DNA from: Squalus acanthias
Taxonomy: Eukaryota
Direction: 5' to 3'
Assembly (NCBI GenBank): GCA_030390025.1
Contig: CM059432.1
Coordinates: forward strand, 85,500,001-85,564,000
Length of the DNA: 64,000 nucleotides
Positions 1 through 13,600 of the stretch are shown here, one piece after another (within the stretch, counting starts at the first letter, position 1; the number at the start of each line of letters is the position of its first letter). The notes beneath the pieces are model-generated. The model saw only the letters and a list, made by a program, of their open reading frames with translations, did no database searches and had not been told where the DNA came from. The position numbers and the translations under genes are program-made.

Positions 1-1560
1 AAACTGCTAATGTAACACCCTTATTTAAAAAGGGTAGTAGGCAGAAGGCTGGAAATTATAGACCAGTTAGCCTAACATCTGTGGTGGGTAAAATTTTGGA
101 GTATATTATTAAGGAGACAGTAACGGAACATTTAGATAAACATAATTTAATAGGACAAAGTCAGCATGGCTTTATGAAGGGGAAGTCATGTCTGACAAAT
201 TTGCTTGAGTTCTTTGAGGACATAACGTACAGGGTGGATAAAGGGGAACCAGTGGACGTAGTGTATTTAGACTTCCAGAAGGCATTCGACAAGGTGCCAC
301 ATAAAAGATTATTGCTCAAGATAAAAAATCACTGGATTGGGGGTAATATTCTGGCATGGGTGGAGGATTGGTTATCTAACAGGAAGCAGAGAGTTGGGAT
401 AAATGGTTCATTCTCGGACTGGCAACCAGTAGCCAGTGGTGTTCCGCAGGGGTCGGTGCTGGGTCCCCAACTCTTTACAATCTATATTAACGATTTGGAG
501 GAGGGGATCGAGTGTAACATATCAAAGTTTGCAGATGATACAAAGATGGAAGGGAAAGTAGAAAGTGAGGAGGACATAAAAAACCTACAAGGGGAAAGAG
601 ACAGGCTGGGTGAGTGGGCGGAGATTTGGCAGATGCAATACAATATTGGAAAATGTGAGGTTATGCACTTTGGCAGGAAAAATCAGAGAGCAAGTTATTA
701 TCTTAATGGCGAGAAACTGGAAAGTACTGCAGTACAAAGGGATCTGGGGGTCCTAGTGCAAGAAAATCAAAAAGTTAGTATGCAGGTGCAGCAGGTGATC
801 AAGAAGGCCAACGGAATGTTGGCTTTTATTGCTAGGGGGATAGATTATAAAAACAGGGAGGTATTGCTGCAGTTATATAAGGTATTGGTGAGACCGCACC
901 TGGAATACTGCATACAGTTTTGGTGTCCATACTTAAGAAAAGACATACTTGCTCTCGAGGCAGTACAAAGAAGGTTCACTCAGTTAATCCCGGGAATGAG
1001 GGGGTGGACATATGAGGAGAGGTTGAGTAGATTGGGACTCTACTCATTGGAGTTCAGAAGAATGAGAGGCAATCTTATTGAAACATATAAGATTGTGAAG
1101 GGGCTTGATCGGGTGGATGCGGTAAGGATGTTCCCAAGGATGGGTGAAACTAGAACTAGGGGGCATAATCTTAGAATAAGGGGCTGCTCTTTCAAAACTG
1201 AGATGAGGAGAAACTTCTTCACTCAGAGGGTAGTAGGTCTATGGAATTTGCTGCCCCAGGAAGCTGTGGAAGCTACATCATTAAATAAATTTAAAACAGA
1301 AATAGACAGTTTCCTAGAAGTAAAGGGAATTAGGGGTTACGGGGAGCGGGCAGGAAATTGGACATGAAGCTGAGTTCGGATCGGTCAAGGCCCTGTGGGT
1401 GGCGGAGCGGGCCCAGGGGCTGAGTGGCCGGGTCCTGCTCCTACTTCTTGTGTTCTTTAGATTTGAGGTTAGGATCAGATCAGCCATGATCTTATTGTAT
1501 GGCGGAGCAGGCTCGAGGGGCCGATTGGCCTACTCCTGCTCCTATTTCTTATGTTCTTAT
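1..1560 (+). mobile_element. CR1-clade LINE, 3' part (RT ORF2 81-1367 plus a doubled 3' UTR tail)
   Basis: ORF has QHGFMKGKSCLTNL, VYLDFQKAFDKVPH, GVPQGSVLGP, KFADD and VRPHLEYC. Two successive 3' UTR-like units (about 1368-1460 and 1461-1560) end in cttatgttcttat. Confidence 0.95.
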
Positions 1561-3356
1561 AAGTTGGCCATGGTAGATTGGGAGACTACACTGAAAGGTA
1601 TGAAGGTGGACATACAATGGCTAACATTCAAGGAAATAATGCATAATTTGCAACAAACATATATTCCTCTGGGGCATAAAAACCCAAAAGAAAAAGTGAT
1701 CCAACCATGGCTAACAAAAGAAATTAAAGCTAGTATTAAGTCAAAGGAGGAAGCTTATAAAGTTGCCAGAAAAAGCGGTCAGCCTGAGGATTGGGATCTT
1801 TTTAGAAATCAGCAAAGGGGGACCAAGAAATTGATAAAGAAAGGGAAAATGGAATATGAGCACAAACTAGCGAAAAATATAAAAATGGATTGTAAAAGCT
1901 TCTATAGGTATGTGAAAAGGAAAAGACTGGCGAAGGTAAATGTAGGTCCTTTACAGTCAGAGAAGGGAGCATTTATAATGGGGAATGAGGAAATGGAAAA
2001 GAAATTAAATAAATACTTTGTTTCTGTCTTCACGGAGGAAGACACAAAAAACCTCCCAGAAATACGAGAAAACCAAGGGTGTGGTGAGAATGAGGAACAT
2101 AAAGAAATTATTATAAGTAAAAATACAGTACTAGCAAAATTAATGGGACCAAAAGTCGATAAATCTCAAGGACCGGATGACCTACATCCTAGGGTTTTGA
2201 AAGAGGTGGCCATTGGAATAGTGGACGCATTGGCTGTCATCTTCCAAAATTCTATAAATTCTGGAACGGTTCCTGCAGATTGGAGGATAGCAAATGTAAC
2301 CCCGCTATTTAAGAAAGGAGGGAGAGAGAAAACGGGGAACTACAGACCTGTTAGCCTCACATCAGTAGTTGGGAAAATGCTGGAATCTATTATAAAGGAT
2401 GCAATAACTGGGCACTTAGAAACTAATGATAAAATTGGGCAGTGTCAACATGGATTTATGAAAGGGAAGTCCTGTTTGACAAACCTTTTGGAGTTCTTTG
2501 AGGATGTAACTAGTGGAGTAGACAAAGGGGAAACGGTAGATGTGGTGTATTTGGATTTTCAGAAGGCCTTCGATAAGGTCCCACACAAGAGGTTGGTGAA
2601 CAAAATTAGGGCACATGGAATTGGTAATATAGTAGCATGGATTGAGAATTGGTTAACAGACAGAAAAAAAGAGTAGGGATAAATGGGTCTTTTTCAGGAT
2701 GGCAGGCTGTGACTAGTGGGGTACCGCAAGGATCGGTGCTTGGGCCCCAGCTATTCACAATCTATATCAATGATTTGGATGAGGGGACTAAATGTAACAT
2801 TTCCAAATTTGCTGATGATACAAAGCTAGGTGGCAGTGTCAGTTGTGAAAAAGATGTGAAGAGGCTTCAAGGGGATCTCGATAGGCTCAGTGAGTGGGCG
2901 AGAACATGGCAGATGGATTATAATATGGATAAATGTGAAGTTACCCACTTTGGTAGAAAAAACAGAAAGGCAGAGTATTTCCTAAATGGTGAAAGATTGG
3001 GGAATGCAGATGCTCAAAGGGACCTGGGTGTCCTTGTACATGAGTCACTGAAAGTGAATGTGCAGGTGCAGCAAGCCATTAGGAAGGCAAATGGTATGCT
3101 GGCCTTCATTACAAGAGGATTTGAGTACAGGAGTAAAGAAGTCTTACTCCAATTATATAGGGCCTTGGTGAGACCACACCTGGAGTACTGTGTACAATTT
3201 TGGTCTCCTTACCTAAGGAAGGATATACTTGCCATAGAGGGAGTGCAACGAAGGTTCACGAGATTGATTCCTGGGATGGCGGGACTGTCGTATGAGAAGA
3301 GATTGAGTAAACTAGGCCTGTATTCTCTTGAATTCAGAAGAATGAGAGGGGATCTC
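1561..3356 (+). mobile_element. CR1 LINE ORF2 fragment (tether plus RT), frameshifted near 2670 and truncated at both ends
   Basis: ORFs 1399-2676 and 2649-3392 carry PWLT, SQGPDDLHPRVLKE, NYRPVSLTS and KFADD motifs. Confidence 0.93.
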
Positions 3357-3923
3357 ACTGGTGGGCGTATTTTATTGGCCCCCAAACAGTAGCTATACCG
3401 TTGGACAGAGTATTAATCAACAAATAATAGGAGCTTGTAACAAAGGTAATACAATAATCATGGGGGACTTTAATCTTCATAGAGGGTGGGCAAATCAAAT
3501 TGGCAAAGGTAGGCTGGAGGACAAGTTCATGGGATGCATTCCAGACAGTTTCCGAGAACAATACGTCATGGAACCAACCAGGGCACAGGCTATTTTAGAT
3601 CTTGTATTGTGTAATGAGACAGGGTTAATTAGTAATCTCATAGTAAAGGATTTTCTAGAGAAGAGTGATCATAATATGTAAAATTTCACATTGAATTTGA
3701 GAGTGAAATACTTAAATCCGAAACGAGAGTCTTAAACTTAAATAAAGCCAATTGCATAGGCATGAAGGATGAGTTGGCTAAGGTAGATTGGGAAATTAGA
3801 TTAAAAGTTACGATGGTAGATAAGCAGTGGCAGACATTTAAAGAAATATTCCAAAATTCTCAACAAATATACATTTAATTGAGAAATAAAAACTCCACCG
3901 GAAAAGTGATCCATCCGTGGCTA
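3357..3923 (+). mobile_element. CR1 LINE ORF2 APE endonuclease fragment
   Basis: GVFYWPPN, IIMGDFN, PTRAQAILDLVL and SDH motifs in ORF 3361-3681. Confidence 0.88.
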
Positions 3924-3991
3924 ATCTTTGTGATTTTGACAGTGGACCCGCCTCCAAACCTGCACTCTGAGCACTGGCAAAATTCAGCCCA

Positions 3992-4863
3992 AAGAGCCTA
4001 CAAAGGGATATGGACAGGTTAAGTAAGTGGGTGATAAGGTGACAGATGGAGTTTAATGTGGGGAAATGTGAGGCTATTCAATTTGGTAGGAAGAATAGAA
4101 AAACAGAATATTTTTTAAATGGTGAGAAACTATTAAATGTTGGTGTTCAGAGAGATTTAGGTATCCTCGTACAGGAAACACAGAAAGTCAGCATGCAGGT
4201 ACAGCAAGCAATTAGGAAGGCAAATGGAATGTTGGCCTTTATTGCAAGGGGGTTGGAGTACAAGAGTAAGGAAGTCTTACTGAAATTGTACAGGGTTTTG
4301 GTGAGACCACACCTGGAGTACTGTGCAGTTTTAGTCTCCTTATCTGAGGAAGGACATACTTACCTTAGAGGTGGTGCAACAAAGGTTCACTAGATTGATC
4401 CCTGGGATGCGAGGGTTGTCCTATGAAGAGATTGAATAGATTGGGCCTATACTCTCTGGAGTTTAGAAGAATGAGAGGTGATCTCATTGAAACACATAAG
4501 ATTCTGAAGGGGATTGACAGGTTGATGCTGAGAAGTTGTTTCCCCTGGCTGGAGAGTCTAGAATTAGAGGATATAGTCTCAGGATAAGGGGTCGGCCATT
4601 TAAGACTGAGATGAGGAGGAATTACTTTACTCAGGGTTGTGAATCTTTGGAATTCTCTACCCCAAAGGGCTGTGGATGCTGAGTCATTGAGTATATTCAA
4701 GGCTGAGATGGATAGATTTTTGGACTCATGGGGAATAAAAGGATATGGGGATCGGGCGGGAAAGTGGAGTTGAGGTCGAAGATCAGCCATGATCTTACTG
4801 AATGGTGGAGCAGCTTCGAAGGGCCGTATGACCTACTCCTGCTCCTAATTCTTATGTTCTTAT
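3992..4863 (+). mobile_element. CR1 LINE 3' fragment with 3' UTR
   Basis: ORF 4046-4393 (RDLG, VRPHLEYC). The tail ends cttatgttcttatg. Confidence 0.92.
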
Positions 4864-5877
4864 GCCCAGGGAACAAGTAACCTGCCTTACATCTTGTGAG
4901 TGGCACAAGAAGGCCTGAAGAGAGTAATATATAAACTGCTGTATCTTTTTTTAAATCTTCATAATTAACAAAATTTAATAAAAAGCTGAAGTTAATTTTT
5001 TTATGTTCAATGTGGTTTTATCGTACTGAAAGTACAATTCCTTATTTTAGCAATTTTGGTACTTTTTTGCCTCTTATTGGCATAGCTTGTGCTATGATAC
5101 CACTAGAATGGTTAGTCATCTTGTTAGGAATAACAAATGTGTTCTTGATACTAATTATTACCTCAGAGGAAACCACACAGCAAGACAAATGAGAGGTTGC
5201 CATTTGTTATCATCATAACCTCACATAATTTGAGCTACAGGCACAAACTAACAATTCCCTGTGAGCTGGAGCATCAAGTGAAGAAGGCACTCTGAGCTCA
5301 GCTGCTCTTTACAGGTGATGGCTTATGTGTCATGCTGTGACCTTGACTGAAACAAAAGAGACTGGATGTGGTTTTGGGCAGCACATTTTTAGAATTCTAA
5401 ATAAAATTGCACATAATAAAACTTAATCCTACAAAAACTGAAAAGGATTAGCCGACAAATGTCATTCTGGCACATTCTACAATCTCAGTTAAACAGGTTT
5501 TTCATCTGAATGTTTTCTTGATATTTTATAATTTAATTTTTCTGACAAAGATACCATTCTTCTGTAATATTTGTACCATTTATCATTTACAGTACTTTAT
5601 CCTCTCAGTTCCAGATGACATTACCATAATTTGAGAATTGAAACTACAAGTATTAAATGTAAAAATTTTGTAGCATTAGGATTAGATTTCATATATTATA
5701 TTCATCATGTTCTGCCATAAAATGTCAGTGGGCCAAGGATGCAAATTTTGATTTTAATTAACTGTTAATTGTAGAATCTTCATTTTCTTTGTTATAATAT
5801 AAATTAAAACATAGTTAAACCAAACAGCTATTAATTTTAAGTTTCTTTTCCTCTTTTCATTACAAGGAAAGAGTCAA

Positions 5878-8800
5878 GGGGAGCTAAATTGGGCCATGTA
5901 GTGCCCCTTTTTTAGGCACTATGTGGCCACATAAGGATCGAAAATGGTGTCTTGGATGCATGCGCACGCTTCCGATGGTAAGTGCACAGGATGCCATCTT
6001 GGTAAAGGGGTCTGCGCACGTGTGCCTAACAACCACAGGCAACATGCAGAGCAGCAAGATGATGATGCAAATCAGTATGCAACATGGATTTGAAGCCACA
6101 GCTGCCAAATTTGGAACTCCATAATTCAGCTAACCTCGCACAGCTCTCACTTGTGATTTCATGCTCCTGAGTGCTGCTTGTGGGAAAAATGACTGCAGAA
6201 AGACAAAGGGCTGCACCACGATTCAACGATGATTCCCTCCATGTTCTTATGGAGGGAGTCAGAGGACGCAGGGAGGTTCTATTCCCTGTGGATGGAAGGA
6301 GGAGACCTCCTCAGCTGACAAAGGAAGACTAGCTGCAGATAGCTGAGGAGGTCAATGCAAGGTCTGTGGTTGTTCGCACCTGGGTGCAATGTAGGAAGAG
6401 GTTTAATGATCTTCTGCGTTCAGGAAAAGTGAGTATAAAAGCACACTTACACTTACCTTCATTCTGCTGTGCCTGTCATCACATCCCCATCACTCTGCAT
6501 TGCCAACCCTACTCCTGCACATCCTTACTCACCCCAACATCTCTTGCTCCCTATGTACAGAATCACATCCCCATCTTACTATGCACCCCTCACACTCACC
6601 ATCATTGTTATGCAATGACAACAACTAACAACTCAAAAGGAGGCAACTTGGTATTGGCACCCCACTCCATCATAGTCTCCCTCTAAACATCTAACCTATC
6701 CATTCTTTACACTCATTCCATCACACTCACTAAAACTGCACTTCTTTCCCTCATTGCAGGAAAAGAGAGCCCACAATAAGAGGGAGAGGGAGCAAACAGG
6801 AGGAGGACCGCCATCATTGGCTGAGCTCACCAATCCTGAGGAGGTTGCTCTGGACATTACCGGAGTCATTGACCAGCCTGAAGAGGGGCTCATTAGAACA
6901 ACCTGGTGACAGAATTATTTGCCATACATCTTATTATCTTATTTGGCATTCATGAGTGACTCATATGGGGTCTGATGTCAAGAGAAATTGAATGCTCATC
7001 ATGTGCATAATGGGATGTGTCTGCAATCTACATATCACATGTCTAACTCATGTCTTTACTCTCCCACAGCACCATCAAGAGCCCCCCCCCCCCCCCCCCC
7101 ACACACACTGTCCAGGAGGGAGAGCAGGAGCACTCCTCAGAGGATCCTCCAGCCTCTGAGGGAGCAGCGTCAGCAGAAATGAGCGCACCCAGCACCAGCG
7201 CAGAGACGCACATCTCGGTGGGCCCTCTGCAAGATAGAGTAGTGTTGTCACCTGATGTATCACAAGTCACATGTGAGCAAGATCAGATGGTGGAAACAGG
7301 GACAGCAGTGGAGACTCCTCGTCGGAGGCCGTAGGAGTCTCCTAGCTCTGCTACACTGCATGCAGACGCTGAGCCTTGAGGGTGATCCTGGAGCTTCAGG
7401 AACAAGTGCAGGAGGCTCTGACAGGGTTAGCAACCACGGTGACTGCGAGTGTGCAGAGAATGGAGGAGTCCATCTCAAATATGAGCAATGCCATGGTGCA
7501 CGCACTGGCAACTGTAGGTTCCGCCATGGAAAGGATGGCCACCTCCATGGAGGACATAAATCGCCAGACTCAGGAGAACATGGTAACACTTCTAAAAAGA
7601 TGGTCATCTATGGAGGATAGATGGGCGTCTATTGAGGAGAGAAACCAAAGGTTCATGGACGTCCTTGTTATGAGGAATGTCAGTACAGACATGGGTCCTC
7701 AGGGCCCCACTGATGTGCAGCAAGGTTCTCTCCAGCTACTTGCTGGTAGAGAAGTGCGGTTGGCCCATGACAGGGATGATGGTGGGCGGGAATAAGGAAG
7801 TGGGGCTCCTCTCCAAGCGCTCAAACTTCCACCCCCTTGTCAACCCCTCGGTCAGAGCCCCAGATGCCTCCCCGGACAGTGATGGCTGAGTCTGCTCCTG
7901 CACAACCACAGGAGGTGCAGACTTTGGCAGGGCCCTCACAGGCCCCAAAACCCAGAGGATGACTGCCAAATGCGTCTAAGCAGGCGCAGCAGGGAAGCGA
8001 CAGAAGTAGCACCACGTAGAAGCATGCGTAAAAGAAAGATCCCACATAAATCGTCACAAGGGTAGTCACTTGGGTGATTTGCGATAAATGAATGTTAAGT
8101 TTCTGTTCTTTTACTTTGTTGTAATAAATTACTTTTTTCTGATTGTTTGCATTCGATGCCATATGTGTGCTCACAATTGGAAGTGCCAGAGTGATGGGTA
8201 AGGGCGCCTTTTATGTCCAGCAATGTAGGTGACAGTGCAAGGAATGCACAGTTCATTGTAGAAATGCTCAATGGTGTTGAAGTGGGGTCATGCCAACCTT
8301 CATGCGCATGTGGCAGCCACATGTCTGTGCTGCATAAAGTTAGGTGAATTTGGCATTGATTAGGCCATCCCTGGCATTACGGGCAGCAATGTGCTCGCGT
8401 GCTGGTGCATTGGGTCAGCCGCCTCCTCCAGGTCTTGCTCATGCTGAACCTCATTCTGCTCCTCCTCCTCCTCTGAAGAGGCAGTGCATTCTGCGCCTTG
8501 TTCCTCATGCAGCGCTAATCCTCACTGCAGTGCTATGTTGTGCAGGGCACAGCAGACAACGACAATTCTCGAGACCCTGGCTGGTGTGGAGCAGGAATGC
8601 TGTAATCCTGAGAGAGCACAGAAGGCTCCTGTTCCATGGAGTCACTGCCACTCTTCCGGCTGGCACTTCAGCAATCTACTGATCTGTTGGGCAATAGATT
8701 GATGGACTGCTGTGACACCCTGGAAGCCCCTTTAAACAGTGGTATCCAGAGCCGTGATGGCAGCAGTCTGAGCTTGCAAGGCAGCAGTCTGACATTCCAC

Positions 8801-9851
8801 TCAGCACTCAGACCTTTGATGGAAGCTGTTTGTGCTGTAATGGAAGCTGTGATATCGGCCATCAGACGCTGCATCATGGTGGGTTCCACAGGTGTGCTGA
8901 TGGAGGTGAGGATGGGTTCCAAGTTCTGCGCAGAGTGCTGTGCCAAGTTGAGCTAGACTCCTCCATGCTCCTTGGCAATGTGCACAGGTTTTCTAGCAGG
9001 CTATTCAGTGCACCAAGCATTTGGTTGTGTACACCCATCAACCTTCTTCTGTAGCCTGGCCCCTCGAAGTCCTCATCTGACTCTTCTGGAGCAGAACTAG
9101 TGTGCGACCTCGCCCTCTGGCAAGCTGGCACCTGTGCTTTCCTTCCCCCTCCCCCACCCTGGTTCCTGCGCACTTGTGCCCAGTGTCTCACCATGTGCAG
9201 ATCCCTCCTCTATCCTAGCTTCTAAAGTCCGTGCAGTGTCAGCCTCTGAGTTGGTGGCTGGAAGTGTAAGATTGAGTGACTGTGTCTCTTCATCATCACT
9301 GTATTCTTCCTCTTCCTCCTCTGATTGGGAGATTCCAGTTCTTGGGTATCTAAAGTGAAAAAGGGACAAGGATTGGATTGTGGTGAGGGGAGAGGAGAAA
9401 GTAAGAAGTGCATGCTTACACCATCTGCCGCTTCTAAATCAAAAGAGATTGTGGGTTGAGGGAGAAGTGGGAAGAGAAAAGGAGGATTAGGTCCCTCCAA
9501 TGCCACCAGTGGCTACGGCCTCAGCGATGACCCTCCCCAAGATGGTCAGTACTGTCTCCTCCATGGGGGTTAAACCATGCAGGCACTGTCCTCCTCCAGT
9601 TCTTTCCTGCTGCCTCCTATTATGCGCCACCTTCTCCTGCAAGAAAGAGGGAAGTGTGTCAGTGATATCGGGCCTTCTGCTGATGTGTGCGGCCAATGAA
9701 CAGGGTGGGTAGCGCTGGCTGAACTCAGCGACCATGTAAAACAGCAGGCAGCACCAATTTAATGTGCTGCCTGTAATGCAATGAACGGGCACAGGTTAAT
9801 TGCATACCCCGATCCCCGTGCCTGTTTTCGGGGGTTATCCAATTTAATCCT
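5878..9851. mobile_element. Degenerate, probably composite PIF/Harbinger transposon region with two convergent Myb/SANT-like gene remnants
   Basis: Imperfect TIR-like ends (GGGGAGCTAAATTGG and CCAATTTAATCCT) are flanked by CAA. There is a + strand Myb gene at 6189-7795, a - strand Myb remnant at about 8480-9640 (EKVAHNRRQQERTGGG) and a transposase C-terminal remnant near 8340-8520. Confidence 0.7.
6189..7795 (+). pseudogene. Harbinger Myb/SANT-like DNA-binding protein gene, spliced and disrupted
   Basis: Exon 1 (6189-6428) reads MTAERQRAAPRFNDDSL...WVQCRKRFNDLLRSGK with one internal stop and is followed by GTGAGT. Exon 2 starts at 6760 after ttgcag (EKRAHNKREREQTGGGPP). An acidic/coiled-coil exon 3 starts at about 7070. 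Confidence 0.8.
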
Positions 9852-10683
9852 CAAGAGCTATTCTGGATTTCCAGCTGTTCCTTTCTATAGAAAAAGTGCA
9901 GTATCTATAGACATAAGGTAATACTGCAGGATTTGGCCTGGGTGATGTCATCAGATTAATCTTGTGGAACTCCCACCAGTAGAAGTGAAACAATTTACAT
10001 AATCCTTTAGAGCTGATTTACGTAATAAGTGTCTGTGTGACATTGGAATGTCTTCCATTGCAGTTGCTAAATTATTGGAATATGCAATATTTAATTAATC
10101 AAATGATGTTTCTGATTGAGCAATCAAATATTGAAATACATATAAGGGTAAATTCCATGACCCCATGCTCCCAACAGAGAGCTATGCTCCCAGGGAACGT
10201 GGATCAAAGAAACAGCATTGTAGCCCTATCTCCAATCTGTGCTCCCTTTGAGCACAGCTTCCGCAAAGGGCGAACAGGATTGCGGGATTTATCCCATAGA
10301 AGATCAACTGTTAAAAAGCACAAAGTGAAGAGGTGTGAAAATTGCATGAGTATGAAAGTGTTCCATTACCCAGCACTAACATTCCTCACCTTATCAAGCA
10401 AAAAATTCAATAAAAAGAAAATACCTAACACCTTGGCCTGGCTCTTTGAACACTCAGGATGGCATTCCATATGCTCAGTGAATCCTCCTAATGATGCAAC
10501 TCATATACCTTGCCTGATAAACTGTCAAAGAGACTGCTCCATTTTCCCTGAATTGTTTGCTCTATTCTACTCTGCAGTTAGCTTTATTTTTCCCCGTGCT
10601 AATTTTCTCGCCTCCCCTCCTGAAGCTGTTGCCCACTTGGCACTAGTTGCCATCCATTGCCTCTCCCAATAGTCAGTAATTAT

Positions 10684-13600
10684 GGTCGGAATTTTGCCAG
10701 CGCTCAAAGGGCGGGTTCGGAGGCGGGTCCGCTGTCAAAATCTAAAAGATTAACAGCGGGTCGGGATCCCACTCTGAACCCGCCTCCATGTCAGTTTCCC
10801 AAGTGCCGGGCCTGCCTTCCTTTCCAGACCCGGCACTAAGCGGCGGGTGAGCCAATTGAGATAGTTAAGAGGGTCTTTAAATGTAGTTGAACAGTATTTT
10901 ACCACCTTATAGCCATTTTTCCAACTTTTTCACGAGTTTCCCGTCGCTCGGGGATCATGTCAGGTAAGTGTGTCGGGTTCTCAATGACTCTCCATTGCTG
11001 TGAATAGGTGACAGCTACAAAAGTGGTATAAAAGCTACCATTTCACAGCTGTTCACTTTCCAATGTCAGAAGCTTGAGCCTTCAGGCTTTGGAAGACACT
11101 TTTGAGCTGTATGCAGTTTGGAAGTGTTTAGAGTAAACTCTCTATCCACTGTCACCTCCTTGGAGCAACCTCTCTCACCATTGATAGATCACTTCTGTCA
11201 TCTCAACTTCAGCTGCCATCCATTCCAGCAGCATCGGTGCCCTTGAAAAAATCTCACCTTGGTCCTCAGAATCCCACCACGATCAGCCCCAACACCAACA
11301 TCACCAGGCACACCAGCATCACCAACAACAGCACCAACCTTCTCCGCAATCACCTGATGCTGCACAGGACACAGGGCATGAGCATACGACCACATTGCTG
11401 CTCGGGACGCCAGCGATGGCCTCACCATGGCCAGATTTACTTCACTTGACGCTGTACACCCTGGCTGCCACATGATGCGCCAGGTTGGCACCATCCCACA
11501 CCAGCACCCTATAAAGCATCACTACAATGTCCAAGCCACTCCTTTCACACTCATCGCCATAGCGGGGCGGGGTGGGTGGGGGGGTGGGTGGCATTGTGTC
11601 TCACCATTCATTGTAACTCACTAAGACACTTCCAAAGGTGCACACAAATCTGTCCAAGAAGGCAAAGTGTTGAAAGTGTTTAAAAAGCAGAACCACAAAG
11701 GTAATAATCTCTGGATTACTACCTGAGCCACGTACAAATTGGCATAGGGTAAATAAGATCAGAGAGATGAATGAGTGGCTCAAAGATTGGTGTGGGAGAA
11801 ATGGATTTTGATTCTTGGGGCACTGGCACCAGTTCTGGGATAAGAGGGAGCTGTTCTATCGGGACAGGCTTCATTTGAACCAGGCTGGGACCAGTGTCTT
11901 GGTGAATCGAATAACTAGGGCTGTAGATAGGGCTTTAAACTAAATAGTGGGGGGTAGGGATACGCTGAGCGGAAATTAAAAAAGTCAAAGAAAAATGAGA
12001 AGGCAAAAGTGCAGGGTAGCGATAGGGGTAATGATAACCAGAGTGTTACAGGAAGGGACAGAGCATATACACATAAGAGTGCATCAGAAAGAGGGGTCAG
12101 AGTAGGGAAAAATGCAGCATTTGTAACAAGTTGACAAGTAATGAGTTGACAGCACAAATAGAAATAAATAGGTATGATTTAATAGCCATTACGGAGATGT
12201 GGTTGCAAGGTGACCAATGCTGGGAACTGAACATTCAGGGGTATTTGCCATTTCGTAAGGATAGACAGAAAGGAAAAGGAGGTGGTGTAGCTCTGTTAAT
12301 AAGGGATGAGAGTGCAGTAATGAGAAATGATATTGTCCTAGAAGATTAAGATGTAGAATTAGTTTGGGTGGAGATAAGAAATAATAAGGGTAAGAAGTCA
12401 CTGGTGGGAGTGGTCTACAGGCACCCAAACAGCAGCCACACTGTAGAACAGAGTATAAATCAAGAAATAATAGAGGCTTGTAAGAAAGGTACGGCTATAA
12501 TCATGGCAGATTTTAATCTTCATATTGATTGGACAAAGCAAATTGGCAAAGGTAGACTTGAGAATGAGTTCTTAGAGTGTATACAGGATGGTGTCTTGGA
12601 ACAATACGTTGTGGAACCAACCAGGGAGAAGACTATTTTAGATCTGGTAATGTGTAACGAGGCTGGATTAATTAATGATCTCGAAGTGAAGGATCCTCTT
12701 GGGAAGAGTGATCATAGCATGGTAGAATTTCAAATTCAGTTTGAGGGTGAGAAAGCTAGGTCTTAAACTAGTGTCCTGAACTTAAATAAAGGTAATTACA
12801 AAGGTATGAAGGCAGACTTGGTTAAAGTGGACTGGGAAAATATATTACAGGGTAAGACTGTAGAAAAGCAGTGGCAAACATTTAAGGAGATATTTCATAA
12901 CTCTCAGCAAAGATATATTCCAGAGAGATAGGAAGACTCTAAGAGAAGGATGAACCATCCGTGGCTAACTAAGGAAGTAAAGGATGATATCAAATTGAAA
13001 ACAAAAGCATACAATGTTGCGAAGAATAGTGGAAGGCCAGAGGATTGGGAAATTTTTAAAAACCAGCAAAGGACGACTAAAAAAATGATAAAGAGAGAGA
13101 AGATAGCTTATGAGAGTAAGCTAGCAAGAAATATAAAAACAGACAGTATGAGCTTCTACAGGTATATAAAAAGGAAGAGAGTAGCTAAAGTAAACGTTGG
13201 TCCCCTAGAGGAAGAGTCTGGGGAATTAATCATGGGAAACAGGGAAATGGCGGAGACTTTGAACAAATATTTTGTATCGGTCTTCACGGTAGAAGACACT
13301 AAAAGCATCCCAATAATGGATAATCAAGGGGCTATTGGGGTGGGGGGGAACTTAAAACAATCACTATCACTAGAGAGAAAGTAGTAGGCAAACTAATGGG
13401 ACTAAAGTGAATAAGTCCCTTGGACCCGATAGCCTGCATCCTAGAGTCTTAAAAGAGGTGGCTGCAGAGATAGTGGATGCATTGCTTGTAATCTACCAAA
13501 ATTCCCTGGATTCTGGAGAGGTCCCAGCAGACTGGAAAACTGCAGATGTAACTCCCCTATTTAAGAAAGGAAGGAGACAGAAACCAGGCAACTATCGACC

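Noticed and set aside
10037..10672. 211-aa ORF
   Set aside because: Non-ATG start, no recognisable motif and no convincing splice signals.
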